From: Methanothermus fervidus DSM 2088
GTDB lineage: Archaea; Methanobacteriota; Methanobacteria; DSM-2088; Methanothermaceae
DNA: 32,000 nucleotides
NCBI GenBank assembly: GCA_000166095.1
Contig: CP002278.1
Location: 450,001-482,000, forward strand
Direction of reading: 5' to 3'
Part shown: piece after piece, positions 1 through 10,055 of the stretch
How the letters are laid out: each line of letters begins with the position of its first letter
How positions within the stretch are numbered: the stretch's first letter is position 1
Notes under the pieces: model-generated
The model's input: the letters and a program-made list of their open reading frames with translations, nothing else
What the model was told of the DNA's origin: nothing
Database searches by the model: none
Translations under genes and position numbers: made by a program

Positions 1-60
1 ACCTTTGCAACCAAAAACCCTTTATCAGTAATCTTCAATAATTTTCCTTTTATTGAAGCC
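1..60 (-). CDS. 5' end of an unidentified protein (MASIKGKLLKITDKGFLVAK...), truncated by the window edge
   Basis: Open frame from CAT at 58-60 (ATG on the minus strand) running off the window. A minus-strand TATA-like stretch lies near 83-92, consistent with a leaderless start. Confidence 0.45.
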
Positions 61-100
61 ATTTAATCACCTCTAATTAAAAAATTATATATGAATTAGT

Positions 101-116
101 TTAAACTTATATTATA
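101..116 (+). promoter_or_regulatory. Probable TATA box for the C/D sRNA-NMD3 transcript
   Basis: AT-rich TATA-like element (acttata/ttataact) about 25 nt upstream of the C/D RNA 5' end. Confidence 0.45.
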
Positions 117-133
117 ACTGAAAATTTTTGTAT

Positions 134-196
134 TTTTAATGATGAATTTGGCCACTTCTGATTTTCAATGATGAAAAGGCTAGACTCTGAATTTAG
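134..196 (+). ncRNA. Box C/D sRNA (dual guide), 5' of the NMD3 gene
   Basis: Box C ATGATGA 139-145; 12-nt guide ATTTGGCCACTT 146-157; box D' CTGA 158-161; spacer; box C' ATGATGA 168-174; 12-nt guide AAAGGCTAGACT 175-186; box D CTGA 187-190. TATA-like sequence about 25 nt upstream of the presumed 5' end. Outer ends are approximate. Confidence 0.85.
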
Positions 197-208
197 GAGG
201 TTTTTACA

Positions 209-1249
209 TTGTTCTGCATTAAGTGTGGAAATTCTCAAGTTTTTAAAAATGGATTATGTGAAAAATGTTTTTATAGAGAATTCAAAATGGCTAATATTCC
301 AGAAAAGATTGAAACAAAAATTTGTGTGCATTGTCATTCCCATTTAAAACAAAATAAATGGGTTGATATTGGGTTATCAAGAGAAGAGGTTGTTCGTAAA
401 GTTATTTTAGACAAGATATCTTTCAATCCTAAAGTTAAAAATCCAAAAACTGAAATAGACATAATACAAAGAAAAGGCACTTTGTATAAGTGTTTGGTAA
501 AGATAAAAGGTGAAGTTTTTGGTAAAAAATTGCAGAAAGAATATTATTGCAATGTTCATTTACGTAATTCTGTCTGTACTTATTGTAGTAGGCGTGCGTC
601 TGGATACTATGAAGCAGTGATACAACTACGAGCTGATAAAAGAGACTTAAAAAATAAAGAAATTAAAAAAATAGAGAAGATAATTTCAAATACTTTAGAA
701 TCATTATGGCCAAAAAATAGACTTGCTTATGTATCTAAAATTTCTAAATTAAAAGAAGGAGTTGATTATTATATAGGTTCTTATACTGCTGCAAGAAAAA
801 TTGTGTCAGCCATAATGAATAATTTTGGCGGTATAATAGATGAATCTTCACGAGTTGTAGGTAGAGATAAGTCTAAAGGCAGGGAAATATGTAGATACTG
901 GATTTTATTAAAACTTCCATTTATTGAGGAAAAAGATATCATTGAATATAAAAATAAAATTGGTCAGGTGAAATCTATTGATGGTAGAGGAATACTAGTA
1001 AAAATATTCGATAATAACAAACATGAAAAGATTCCTTGGAAAGAATATGATAAAATAAAGTTAAAAGCAAAGCATTCAGAAATAGAAACAACCACTGTAG
1101 TTTCTAAATCTTTAGATAAAATTCAAATATTAGATCCTAAAACCTTTCAACCTATAGATTTAGACATGAAATCATGGTTCCAAAATTTAAACATTGGAGA
1201 TGAAGTAAAAGTTATAAAAATTAATAAAAGGATTTACATAGTAGATTGA
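209..1249 (+). CDS. NMD3-family 60S/50S ribosomal export/biogenesis-related protein
   Basis: N-terminal CxxC zinc-binding pairs (CIKCG...[28 protein letters not shown]) typical of archaeal NMD3. TTG start with GGAGG at 196-200. Confidence 0.85.
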   Translation: MFCIKCGNSQVFKNGLCEKCFYREFKMANIPEKIETKICVHCHSHLKQNKWVDIGLSREEVVRKVILDKISFNPKVKNPKTEIDIIQRKGTLYKCLVKIKGEVFGKKLQKEYYCNVHLRNSVCTYCSRRASGYYEAVIQLRADKRDLKNKEIKKIEKIISNTLESLWPKNRLAYVSKISKLKEGVDYYIGSYTAARKIVSAIMNNFGGIIDESSRVVGRDKSKGREICRYWILLKLPFIEEKDIIEYKNKIGQVKSIDGRGILVKIFDNNKHEKIPWKEYDKIKLKAKHSEIETTTVVSKSLDKIQILDPKTFQPIDLDMKSWFQNLNIGDEVKVIKINKRIYIVD

Positions 1250-1268
1250 CGCAACATATGGTGATTTC

Positions 1269-2234
1269 ATGAACAAACAACTTGAATTAGCTAAAAAAGG
1301 CACAGTGGAAATAATTACAATTGAAGAACTTAAAGAAGTCCTAAAAAAGAAAAATCCTGTGGCATATATAGGTTATGAACCTTCAGGAAAAATACATCTC
1401 GGACATTTAATTACCATAAAGAAGATGATAGATTTACAAAAAATTGGATTTAAAATTAAAATTCTTCTAGCAGATTATCATGCATATCTAAATTATAAAG
1501 GAGAGTTAGACGAAATTAGAGAAATTGCAGAATATAATAAGCGTTGTTTTTTAGCTATGGGATTATCTAAGGATACAGAGTTCATATTAGGTTCTGAGTT
1601 TCAAACAGATGATGATTATGTTTTAGATCTATATAGGTTAGCACATATAACTACCTTAAATAGAGCTAAAAGGAGTATGTCACAAATAATAAGAGAAGCT
1701 GGTGAACATAAAGTTTCTGAAGTGCTTTATCCATTAATGCAAGTTATTGACATGGTTCATTTGGGAGTAGACGTTTCAGTGGGAGGGATGGAACAAAGAA
1801 AAATTCATATGTTAGCTCGTGACAACTTACCAAAAATTGGATACACACCACCAGTGTGTATACACACACCTATAATCCATGGAACTGATGGATCAGAAAA
1901 AATGTCATCAAGTAAAGGGAACTTTATTGCTGTTGATGATCCACCTAAAGTTATAAAAGATAAAATAATGAAAAGTTATTGTCCAGCAGCTAAAATAGAT
2001 GGAAATCCTGTAATAGAAATTGCAAAATATATTATTTTTGATGAAAACAAAAAAATTTTAATAGAAAGGCCTGAAAAATATGGTGGCAATTTAGAAGTTA
2101 ATTGTGAAGAATTAATCAACTTATATTCTAGTGGAGAGTTACATCCATTAGATCTCAAGAATGCTGTTGCAAAATATCTTATAAAGATTTTAGAACCTAT
2201 CAGAGAAAATTTAACTTCTAAAATGGGTGATTAA
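1269..2234 (+). CDS. tyrS: Tyrosyl-tRNA synthetase (archaeal type)
   Basis: Class I signatures: [36 protein letters not shown]; length 321 aa. Confidence 0.93.
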   Translation: MNKQLELAKKGTVEIITIEELKEVLKKKNPVAYIGYEPSGKIHLGHLITIKKMIDLQKIGFKIKILLADYHAYLNYKGELDEIREIAEYNKRCFLAMGLSKDTEFILGSEFQTDDDYVLDLYRLAHITTLNRAKRSMSQIIREAGEHKVSEVLYPLMQVIDMVHLGVDVSVGGMEQRKIHMLARDNLPKIGYTPPVCIHTPIIHGTDGSEKMSSSKGNFIAVDDPPKVIKDKIMKSYCPAAKIDGNPVIEIAKYIIFDENKKILIERPEKYGGNLEVNCEELINLYSSGELHPLDLKNAVAKYLIKILEPIRENLTSKMGD

Positions 2235-2237
2235 AAA

Positions 2238-2666
2238 ATGAAAAAGTCACGTTTAAGGTTATTTAAAATTACTTCACTGACAATTTCAATTTTAGGACTA
2301 ATATTAATAATTGGAACTGTCATGCTTTTTGCATATGTGGGTTTTAACCTTTTTATCAACAAAGTTGGTTCAGAATTTGAGAAAAAGAAATTATATGACC
2401 AAGTAGCAAAACTTGAAAATGAATATTATGGACTGAAAAATGAATATGAATCTTTAAAAGTAAATCTTGTTCAAGATGAAAATCTTAAAAAACGATGTAT
2501 AGACGTTGAATTACAATTAGTAAGGGCAAAGTCTGCAATAGACGATGTTAAAAGTGCATTGGAATCAAACAAAGATATATCAGAAATTAAAGATAGGTTA
2601 GAAAATGCTAAATCACAAGTTCAAATTGCAAAAGAAAAAATAAATCAACTAAAGTCTTCACACTAA
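2238..2666 (+). CDS. Small membrane-anchored coiled-coil protein, unknown function
   Basis: One N-terminal hydrophobic segment followed by a heptad-rich, charged helix. Confidence 0.65.
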   Translation: MKKSRLRLFKITSLTISILGLILIIGTVMLFAYVGFNLFINKVGSEFEKKKLYDQVAKLENEYYGLKNEYESLKVNLVQDENLKKRCIDVELQLVRAKSAIDDVKSALESNKDISEIKDRLENAKSQVQIAKEKINQLKSSH

Positions 2667-2677
2667 CTTTTTTGAAT

Positions 2678-3289
2678 TCAAGGTCCAACGAAATATTTTG
2701 CTACAACATAAATTTCTGCACTGGATTTTTCTGAAGATGGAGGCTTACTTGCTTTTACATACTTAAATTCATTTTTTAGTTCATCTAAAAGATTTTTAAA
2801 TTCAGGACCCTGGAATACCTTAACTACAAGATTTCCTCCTCTTTTTAAAACATTTTTTGCAATATTTATCACAGACTTACACAACTCTATAGATCTTATA
2901 TGGTCTAAATCTTTTATGCCTGAAAGTGATGGTGATGCATCAGAAATAATTACATCTACACCTCCTTCAGTAATTTCCTTTATCTTTTTTTGTATTTTAG
3001 GATCTGTAAAGTCACCCTGAATAAAACTGAAATTTTCGTATTTTAATGGTTTCATCTTCTTAATATCTACAGCTACAACTTTACCTTTGCTTCCAACTAA
3101 TTTTATAGCTACTTGAGACCAACCTCCAGGAGCTGCTCCAAGATCTAAAACAACGTTACCTCTACGTATTAATTTAAATTTTTTATTTAGTTGAATAAGT
3201 TTATATGCAGCTCTTGAATAATATTTCTCTTTCTTTGCAAGTCTATAATAATAATCCTTTTTTCTTTGTCTCCACCATCTTTTACCCAT
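2678..3289 (-). CDS. rlmE: RlmE/FtsJ-family 23S rRNA ribose 2'-O-methyltransferase
   Basis: SAM motif DLGAAPGGWSQVA, QGDFTD, SDASPSLSG, VVKVFQG. Confidence 0.9.
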   Translation of the reverse strand: MGKRWWRQRKKDYYYRLAKKEKYYSRAAYKLIQLNKKFKLIRRGNVVLDLGAAPGGWSQVAIKLVGSKGKVVAVDIKKMKPLKYENFSFIQGDFTDPKIQKKIKEITEGGVDVIISDASPSLSGIKDLDHIRSIELCKSVINIAKNVLKRGGNLVVKVFQGPEFKNLLDELKNEFKYVKASKPPSSEKSSAEIYVVAKYFVGP

Positions 3290-3299
3290 TTTTTTACCT

Positions 3300-3809
3300 C
3301 TATTTCCCAGGTATGCATCTACTACTACCTACCTTTATAATTTCAGCTTCTATATCTTTTTCAGATATATTTAACAACATTACAGTTGGAACTGAAAAAC
3401 GAGGCACTGTAGGACTTCCAGGATTCAACAATTTAATATTATCAACCTCTTCTATAAATGGATGATGAGTATGTCCTGACAACAATATATCTACACCCAT
3501 TTCCAATGCTATATATTTCAATTGTTGTGTGTCTCCTCGTGGATAAACTTCTCCATGATTTAAACCTATCTTAAATCCTTTTAATTTAAATATCTTGCTC
3601 TTAGGTAGTTTTAATCCATAATATCTATCCATATTACCTTGTACACAATAAGTAGGTGCCAGAGATTCTAATTCTTCCTTAACCCTTACTTCTGTGAGAT
3701 CCCCACAGTGTAGTATCATGTCTACATCGCTAAAAACTTTAAATACTTTTTTTGGGAGGCTTTTAGCTCTATCTGGGATATGTGTATCAGATATTACCCC
3801 TATCAGCAT
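3300..3809 (-). CDS. YfcE/MJ0936-type metallophosphoesterase
   Basis: [30 protein letters not shown] motifs. Confidence 0.88.
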   Translation of the reverse strand: MLIGVISDTHIPDRAKSLPKKVFKVFSDVDMILHCGDLTEVRVKEELESLAPTYCVQGNMDRYYGLKLPKSKIFKLKGFKIGLNHGEVYPRGDTQQLKYIALEMGVDILLSGHTHHPFIEEVDNIKLLNPGSPTVPRFSVPTVMLLNISEKDIEAEIIKVGSSRCIPGK

Positions 3810-3883
3810 GTTTTTCCTCCATTAATATTTTTTTATTAACCTAAAAAAATATATGAATCACTAATATTGTTTGGAGGGAATGA

Positions 3884-4132
3884 ATGCTACCATTAACAGA
3901 AGTTGAAACAGGGAAAAAAGTAATAATAAAGGAAATAGTTGCCGGAATTGGACTAATAAAACGTCTTGAATCACTAAATATACGTATTGGTAAAATTATT
4001 AAAGTAATATCTGCTACACCATTTCGTGGGCCACTAGTGGTAGATGTTGGTGGAAGCAAGGTTGCATTAGGAAGAGGTTTAGCAGAAAGAATATTCGTGG
4101 AGGTTTTAGATGAAAATACTTCTCATGGGTAA
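3884..4132 (+). CDS. feoA: FeoA-like iron transport accessory protein
   Basis: 82-aa SH3-like protein (MLPLTEVETGKKVIIKEIVAG...GPLVVDVGGSKVALGRGLAERI) immediately upstream of, and overlapping, feoB. Confidence 0.88.
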   Translation: MLPLTEVETGKKVIIKEIVAGIGLIKRLESLNIRIGKIIKVISATPFRGPLVVDVGGSKVALGRGLAERIFVEVLDENTSHG

Positions 4133-5831
4133 TCCCAACGTTGGAAAAAGCGTAGTATTTTCAAGGTTAACAGGAGTTCATGTCATTTCATCAAATTATC
4201 CAGGAACAACTGTTGAATTTACAAAAGGATTTATGTATGTAGATGGTAAAAAAGCAGAAGTAATAGATGTGCCAGGCACCTATTCATTAGTTCCAACATC
4301 TGAAGCAGAAAAAGTCGCAAAAAAAATGTTTTTAAATGAAAATCCTGATGTTGTGGTTGTAGTTGTAGATTCCACAAATTTAGAACGTAATTTGTATCTT
4401 ACCCTACAAATATTAGAGGCAGGAGTACCAACAGTGTTAGCATTAAATATGTGGGATTTAGCAAAAAGAAAAGGCATACATATAGACGTTGAAAAATTAA
4501 AAAAGGAATTGGGGATTGAAGTTGTTCCAATTGTTGCAATCACTGGTGAAGGAATAAAAGATCTTGTTTCTGCAATTAAAAAAACGATTGGAAAAAAAGT
4601 TAAATTTCCAAAAATGAAAGATGAGGAAAGGTGGGCATATATAGGTAATTTAATTTCAAAGGTTCAAAGCATAGAACATAAACATCCAGGAATTGTTGAG
4701 ATTTTAGAAGATGCTACACTTCATCCCATTTATGGTATTGTCATAGCATTAATCATCATGTATATAACAATAAAAATAGTTGTAAACTTAGGAGGATGGT
4801 TAGGAGACAATATAATTGGATATTTTTTTGAAGAATACTATGGACCATTTATTAAAAATTTAATTGGAAATATTTTTCCTCATGGTATCCTGCATAACAT
4901 TCTAATAGGTGAACATGGAGATTTCATGGAATCATTTGGCATCTTAACTACAGGGTTATATGTACCATTTGCTGTTGTTTTACCATATGTCCTACTTTTT
5001 TATTTGATTCTTGGATTTTTGGAGGATGTGGGGTACCTTCCAAGATTGGCAGTCATGGCTGACACAATCATGCATAAAATAGGGCTTCATGGAGCAGCAA
5101 TAATACCGGCAATATTGGGGATTGGATGCAATGTACCTTCTATAATCTCTACAAGAATTCTAGAAAATAAAAAAGAAAGATTTATTGCTGCAACTTTAAC
5201 TGCTATATCCATACCTTGTATGGCACAAACTGCAATAATAATAGGATTGCTTGGTAAATATGGATTAAAGTATGTGGCTATTGTATATGTTACATTGATT
5301 ATGTTATATCTTACATTGGGTTATGGATTAAATAAAAGTATGAGAGGAGAATGTCCTGAAATATTTTTAGAGATACCTCCATATAGGATTCCACACATCC
5401 CAACATTGTTAAAGAAAACATGGTTTAGAGTTTATAGTTTTTTAATTGAGGCTGTGCCTTTCATGCTTTTAGGAATAATTATAATTAATATACTTTATTA
5501 TCTTGGTATTATTTCATTTCTTTCAAAACTTTTAGCACCTATCCTTTCAGGTTTATTTGGGCTACCACCACAAAGTGTGGAAGTATTAATCGTCGGTTTT
5601 CTTAGAAAAGATGTGGCAATGGCAATGTTGGCACCATTACATCTTTCACCTACACAACTAACAGTCGCATCAATAGTATTAGCAACATATTTCCCATGTG
5701 TTGCAACTTTTGTTATACTACTAAAAGAATTAGGATTAAAAGACATGTTAAAAGTTTTTGGCATAATGGTGCTTGTTACATTATCTCTTGGAACCTTATT
5801 GAATGTACTCCTACATTTCTTTATACCCTAG
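4110..5831 (+). CDS. feoB: Ferrous iron transporter FeoB
   Basis: G1 GNPNVGKS, DVPGTYSL, NMWD; multi-spanning core with GCNVPSI and FxRKDVA; overlaps feoA by 23 nt. Confidence 0.95.
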   Translation: MKILLMGNPNVGKSVVFSRLTGVHVISSNYPGTTVEFTKGFMYVDGKKAEVIDVPGTYSLVPTSEAEKVAKKMFLNENPDVVVVVVDSTNLERNLYLTLQILEAGVPTVLALNMWDLAKRKGIHIDVEKLKKELGIEVVPIVAITGEGIKDLVSAIKKTIGKKVKFPKMKDEERWAYIGNLISKVQSIEHKHPGIVEILEDATLHPIYGIVIALIIMYITIKIVVNLGGWLGDNIIGYFFEEYYGPFIKNLIGNIFPHGILHNILIGEHGDFMESFGILTTGLYVPFAVVLPYVLLFYLILGFLEDVGYLPRLAVMADTIMHKIGLHGAAIIPAILGIGCNVPSIISTRILENKKERFIAATLTAISIPCMAQTAIIIGLLGKYGLKYVAIVYVTLIMLYLTLGYGLNKSMRGECPEIFLEIPPYRIPHIPTLLKKTWFRVYSFLIEAVPFMLLGIIIINILYYLGIISFLSKLLAPILSGLFGLPPQSVEVLIVGFLRKDVAMAMLAPLHLSPTQLTVASIVLATYFPCVATFVILLKELGLKDMLKVFGIMVLVTLSLGTLLNVLLHFFIP

Positions 5832-6888
5832 GTTCCAATCTTTTTACAATGAATATGAAATAAACAACTACCAGTGGTAGTAGTAGAAGATACAGGATTA
5901 AAATGAGAGGTGATGGTATTACCATCGTTGGCATGAAAATCGTTGCTATAATGAGTAATATTGGCAATACTGCAGGACCTACAATTCCTATAAACATATA
6001 AATCATCATAAAAGAATTTAGCTTTTGAGAATAGTCTCTAAATTTCATTCTTAATTCATATGCAATGTCTTCAGCTATTATCTCTAAGGCTTTGGCAACG
6101 TCACCACCACTCTCTAAAGACCTAACTATTTGTTGTATAGCTCTTTTTAAACCTGGTGATGGCACCCTAACACTAAGATTCATTAATGCACGCGTAGTTG
6201 ATTCTCCATATTTTATTTCTTCCAATGTTCTTGCAAACTCTTCAGATAAAGCACCATAACCTGAAGTTGCCACAGATTTCATGGCATCATGGAAACCTAA
6301 ACCTGCCCTAAGTTCGGTAGCCATTTGCCGTAATGCATATGGCAATTCTCTTGATATCTCATCTGCTCTACTACCTTCTCTAAGTTTGGGTAAAAATCTT
6401 GCAAATACAGAAACCATGAACATTACGAGTAAGGAAAGCAATGCAAATACAAAGCCAAAACCAAGCAATATTATAACCAATGCTAATATTGACCCTGTGA
6501 TTATACCTGTTAAATATACAAACTTAGGATCAAGTTCTTTCTCTCTTTCTTCCAATAATTTACTTAATGATTCTGTTTCATAACGTTCTTTCTCTTCTGG
6601 TTTTTCTGATAATTTTTCTTTATAAGCTTCTGTTTCAACTAATCTTTTTAATATTTCTATTTCACTTTCACTCATTTTTGGTCTTCTAAAAAACCCAAAA
6701 GGAGATTTTCTTCGTGTAAGTACAGTAGATCCTCTAAATTTTCTAAGTTTAGGTGTAGGTTTTAAAGTGCTTATCTTTTTCACAGGTTTTTCAGCAGTGT
6801 GTCCTACTTTCTTAGATGATTTAATAGTCATGTCCCCAATTTTGTTTAAAAATCTTATTACGCCTCTTAATGCCAATAAAATCACCAA
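5821..6888 (-). CDS. Type II secretion system F/TadC-like archaeal inner membrane platform protein
   Basis: ALRQMATELRAGLGFHDAMKSVA..., ESGGDVAKALEIIAEDI..., C-terminal TM helices; adjacent to the secretion ATPase. Confidence 0.85.
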   Translation of the reverse strand: MVILLALRGVIRFLNKIGDMTIKSSKKVGHTAEKPVKKISTLKPTPKLRKFRGSTVLTRRKSPFGFFRRPKMSESEIEILKRLVETEAYKEKLSEKPEEKERYETESLSKLLEEREKELDPKFVYLTGIITGSILALVIILLGFGFVFALLSLLVMFMVSVFARFLPKLREGSRADEISRELPYALRQMATELRAGLGFHDAMKSVATSGYGALSEEFARTLEEIKYGESTTRALMNLSVRVPSPGLKRAIQQIVRSLESGGDVAKALEIIAEDIAYELRMKFRDYSQKLNSFMMIYMFIGIVGPAVLPILLIIATIFMPTMVIPSPLILILYLLLLPLVVVYFIFIVKRLEPRV

Positions 6889-8451
6889 TTATAAAACCTT
6901 TTCTAAAACTTCATCAGGGTCCCTATAGTAGTCTTTTATCCATTTTCCAACTTCGTTGAGTGATCTTATATTTCTTTCAGCTAAATATTCCAAAACTAAT
7001 CTTCTCCTCTCAATTTCTTCTTCTATTTCCAATATATCCATTCCAGTATAATCTGCAATCTCCCTTAAAACTTGACTGGTTATCCCCACATATTCTAACT
7101 TATCCTCTTTTTGATTCCATACAAAGAGTTTGTTAAGCTGTACATTGCCTTCTTCCATCCCTGTTATTTCTACAACTTCCGTCACTCTTCGTATTGATTT
7201 GCCACCAGGCCCATACATCCTCTGCTGCATTATTATGAAGTCTAAAGCAGGTATCATGATCTCAGGTACATTCATTGGTGGATTTGTTAGTCTAGTGATA
7301 GTTTCTCTAGCACTATTAGAGTGTAAAGTACCAAAACCAGAGTGTCCTGTGTTTAAAGCTGTGAATAATGTTGTTGCTTCCTTACCTCTAACTTCACCTA
7401 CAATTATTCTATCAGGTCTTTGACGCAATGCATTTTTAACTAGGGTGTCCATGTCTATCTCGCCTTTTCCTTCAATATTTGGAGGTCTTGTTTCCATGCG
7501 TACAACATGTGTATGTGGAAGTTGTAATTCTAATGTATCTTCTATTGTAATTATTCTTTCTCGTGGAGGTATAAAAGCAGCTATATTATTTAAAGTTGTA
7601 GTTTTTCCAGAAGCTGTCCCACCTGCTATTATAGCATTACAGGGTCTTATTCCAAATCCTTCAACGCAAACCCATAGAAATGCAGCAAGATGTGATGAAA
7701 GCGTGTTGAAATTTATAAGATCAACAATTGTAAAGGGATCTTTCCTAAATTTACGGATGGTTAATGTTGGTCCGTCTGGAGATACTGGAGGTATTGTCGC
7801 ATTGACTCTTGAACCATCAGGCAATCTTGCATCAAGTATTGGCATTTGTTGATCAATTCTACGACCTACTTGTCGTGCCATTATATCTATTATATTTTTT
7901 AGCTCTGAATATTCCTCAAATACTAAATTTGTGACCATCATTCCTTTTTCTCTATGATATACAAATACAGGTTTATTGACACCTATAACCATTATATCTT
8001 CTAAGTCATCGTCCTTAATGAGCGGATCAAGTTTACCATAACCCAACATCTCTTGAGTTATTCTTTCTGCAATTTCATCTACATTGCGAATTATACCTCT
8101 ACGTTTTAAAAATCTTTTAACTTCTTTTTTGAATGTTTTTTTATCAATTCTGAATTCTTCTTCCCTAGATAAAACTGTATCTACAAGCCTATCCCTTATT
8201 TCATCCATTAATTCTTTTTCTTTTTTTGTAAATTCAGGAACTTTCACAATATATTTAGGTAAATCTTCAATCTCAGATTCTTCTTTAAACACTGTTGTAC
8301 TTTTTTTATCTTTTGTAATTTCTGGTAAAGGTTTTTTTCGTTTTTCTTCACCTATTATGTCTTCATCAAAATTTTCACTTCCAAAATCACCGAGTATTTC
8401 TCTTAATTCTTTCAATGCGTCTTTTTTTCTTTTTTTCCTCATGAAAACCAC
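6889..8451 (-). CDS. Type II/IV secretion system (VirB11/TadA/FlaI-like) ATPase
   Basis: Walker A GGTASGGKTTTLN-type ([18 protein letters not shown]), [53 protein letters not shown]. Confidence 0.93.
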   Translation of the reverse strand: MVFMRKKRKKDALKELREILGDFGSENFDEDIIGEEKRKKPLPEITKDKKSTTVFKEESEIEDLPKYIVKVPEFTKKEKELMDEIRDRLVDTVLSREEEFRIDKKTFKKEVKRFLKRRGIIRNVDEIAERITQEMLGYGKLDPLIKDDDLEDIMVIGVNKPVFVYHREKGMMVTNLVFEEYSELKNIIDIMARQVGRRIDQQMPILDARLPDGSRVNATIPPVSPDGPTLTIRKFRKDPFTIVDLINFNTLSSHLAAFLWVCVEGFGIRPCNAIIAGGTASGKTTTLNNIAAFIPPRERIITIEDTLELQLPHTHVVRMETRPPNIEGKGEIDMDTLVKNALRQRPDRIIVGEVRGKEATTLFTALNTGHSGFGTLHSNSARETITRLTNPPMNVPEIMIPALDFIIMQQRMYGPGGKSIRRVTEVVEITGMEEGNVQLNKLFVWNQKEDKLEYVGITSQVLREIADYTGMDILEIEEEIERRRLVLEYLAERNIRSLNEVGKWIKDYYRDPDEVLEKVL

Positions 8452-8656
8452 AATTTTACTATTTTCAATATTAACTTATAAAGTTCATAATACAAAAATT
8501 TTTATTATGGTGGAAAAAATTATTCTATTCTTTTTTAATAGAAGTCAAATTTATAAAACATTAGTTTTAAAAATTTGGGAAATTATCATAAAAAATTTTA
8601 TAAAGGTGTTTAGTAGTAGAGATAGAAATTACAAATTATTTAATTGGAGGAATAAC

Positions 8657-9070
8657 ATGAAACAAATTCAAATTACAGCGTCTGATGGAACTATTAAAGT
8701 TATATCAAAAAACAATAGAAAGGTTTCAGTTAAAGAAGTGGAATTAATGCCTCTATGGGCTTTCTGTATGCAGCACAACAGACCATATATAGATACTTTT
8801 TTATCAGTATTTGAAAAAGTTATTAAGGAGACAGTCTCTGAAGTTTTTCCACACAAAAAATTAGATATAATATATAGGATTGAATCAAATGATTCACTAG
8901 AGAATTCCAATGAAATAGAAATTATATTAGAAAATTTAAGGGCTGATAATGAAGAATTTGAAATTATTGGAGAAGTTCTAAGGTTAGAAGGAAACGACAA
9001 AAGAGATGTGTTAACAAAATTAACAAGTTTTCACCGCAGAGTTAATGCAACTGTCGAAAAAACTATATAG
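8657..9070 (+). CDS. Hypothetical protein (137 aa)
   Basis: GGAGG at 8646-8650 before ATG 8657 (MKQIQITASDGTIKVISK...). The longer 8084 ORF call is antisense to the ATPase gene upstream of this point. Confidence 0.75.
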   Translation: MKQIQITASDGTIKVISKNNRKVSVKEVELMPLWAFCMQHNRPYIDTFLSVFEKVIKETVSEVFPHKKLDIIYRIESNDSLENSNEIEIILENLRADNEEFEIIGEVLRLEGNDKRDVLTKLTSFHRRVNATVEKTI

Positions 9071-10055
9071 AGTCACGTCGAATACATGATAATACTTTAA
9101 ATAAGGTATTTGTTGGATTATTTGATTTTACATGTATTTTTCCATTTTTGGAAAGGATTACAACTCCTGAATCTAAGTATATTTTTCCCTTTTTTATAAC
9201 GTATCTTTCTTTACAATCTTTTAAATTAATTTGGTATGGTAGAGTAACAATCAATTCGTTGTTCTTTTGTTTAATATTATATTTCTTCTTATAACCTTCT
9301 ATATCCAATAATACTTTTTTAAATCCAAGTTTTTTCAATGATTTGCAAAGTTTTTCTAAGATTTTTTCATCAATATTAAATTTTTCAGCCTCAATCACAG
9401 CAATTCCATCAAGGTCCCTAACTCTGATATTTCCTGCAAAAAATTTCTTCACAATGTTTTCAGCCTTGTTTATTCTTTTTATTTTATTTTTAGTTAATTT
9501 TCCTTTTTTTACTCTTGTAGCAAGACATGTTGTGTCTTTTAAATGCCTTATATTTTTATTTTTTAAATATTCTGCAGCTTCATCATGAGATATTTGGGCT
9601 TCAACTAATGGACTCTTAATATTTTCTTCATAATTTGCCACAATTCCTGGCCTATCTTCCAACATATCAGTGACATTTGTTCCATCAATAATTTCAAATT
9701 TTTCTCCCACGAAATTTTTAATTAATTTATACATTCTTTTTTTACAAAAATAGCAGCGATATTTCTCATGTTGAAACCATTCATATTCTAAAAAATTTTC
9801 TTTAATTATTTTATGTTTAACTCCAATCTCTCTTGCAATTTTCTTTGCCTCAGTGATTTGATTTTTTGGAATTGCACCTATATCAACTGTCACTGCAATA
9901 ACTTCGTTAGAAACTTCTTTAGCAATTTTTAATAATAATGTGCTATCTACGCCACCAGAAAATGCTACAGCAATGTTTTTATTCTTTAATAATTCTTTTA
10001 GTTTTTTTATTTTTTTATCCAGCATTAAAAGCACCGGATTTAGCTCTCTGCCCAA
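9063..10055 (-). CDS. LarE-like ATP-dependent sacrificial sulfur transferase (PP-loop)
   Basis: PP-loop AVAFSGGVDSTLLLKIA, YRCYFCKKRMY, DGTNVTDMLEDRPG; has a C-terminal extension beyond the typical LarE length. An internal Met (end coordinate about 10025) is a plausible alternative start. Confidence 0.82.
   Translation of the reverse strand: MGRELNPVLLMLDKKIKKLKELLKNKNIAVAFSGGVDSTLLLKIAKEVSNEVIAVTVDIGAIPKNQITEAKKIAREIGVKHKIIKENFLEYEWFQHEKYRCYFCKKRMYKLIKNFVGEKFEIIDGTNVTDMLEDRPGIVANYEENIKSPLVEAQISHDEAAEYLKNKNIRHLKDTTCLATRVKKGKLTKNKIKRINKAENIVKKFFAGNIRVRDLDGIAVIEAEKFNIDEKILEKLCKSLKKLGFKKVLLDIEGYKKKYNIKQKNNELIVTLPYQINLKDCKERYVIKKGKIYLDSGVVILSKNGKIHVKSNNPTNTLFKVLSCIRRDSI

Noticed and set aside
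7130-7852. Plus-strand ORFs of 97 and 135 aa inside the secretion ATPase gene
   Set aside because: Mirror images of the conserved ATPase coding strand, with no family resemblance.
8084-8656. N-terminal two thirds of the 328-aa plus-strand ORF
   Set aside because: Antisense to the secretion ATPase gene and then non-coding AT-rich sequence; the real gene appears to start at ATG 8657 with its own GGAGG.
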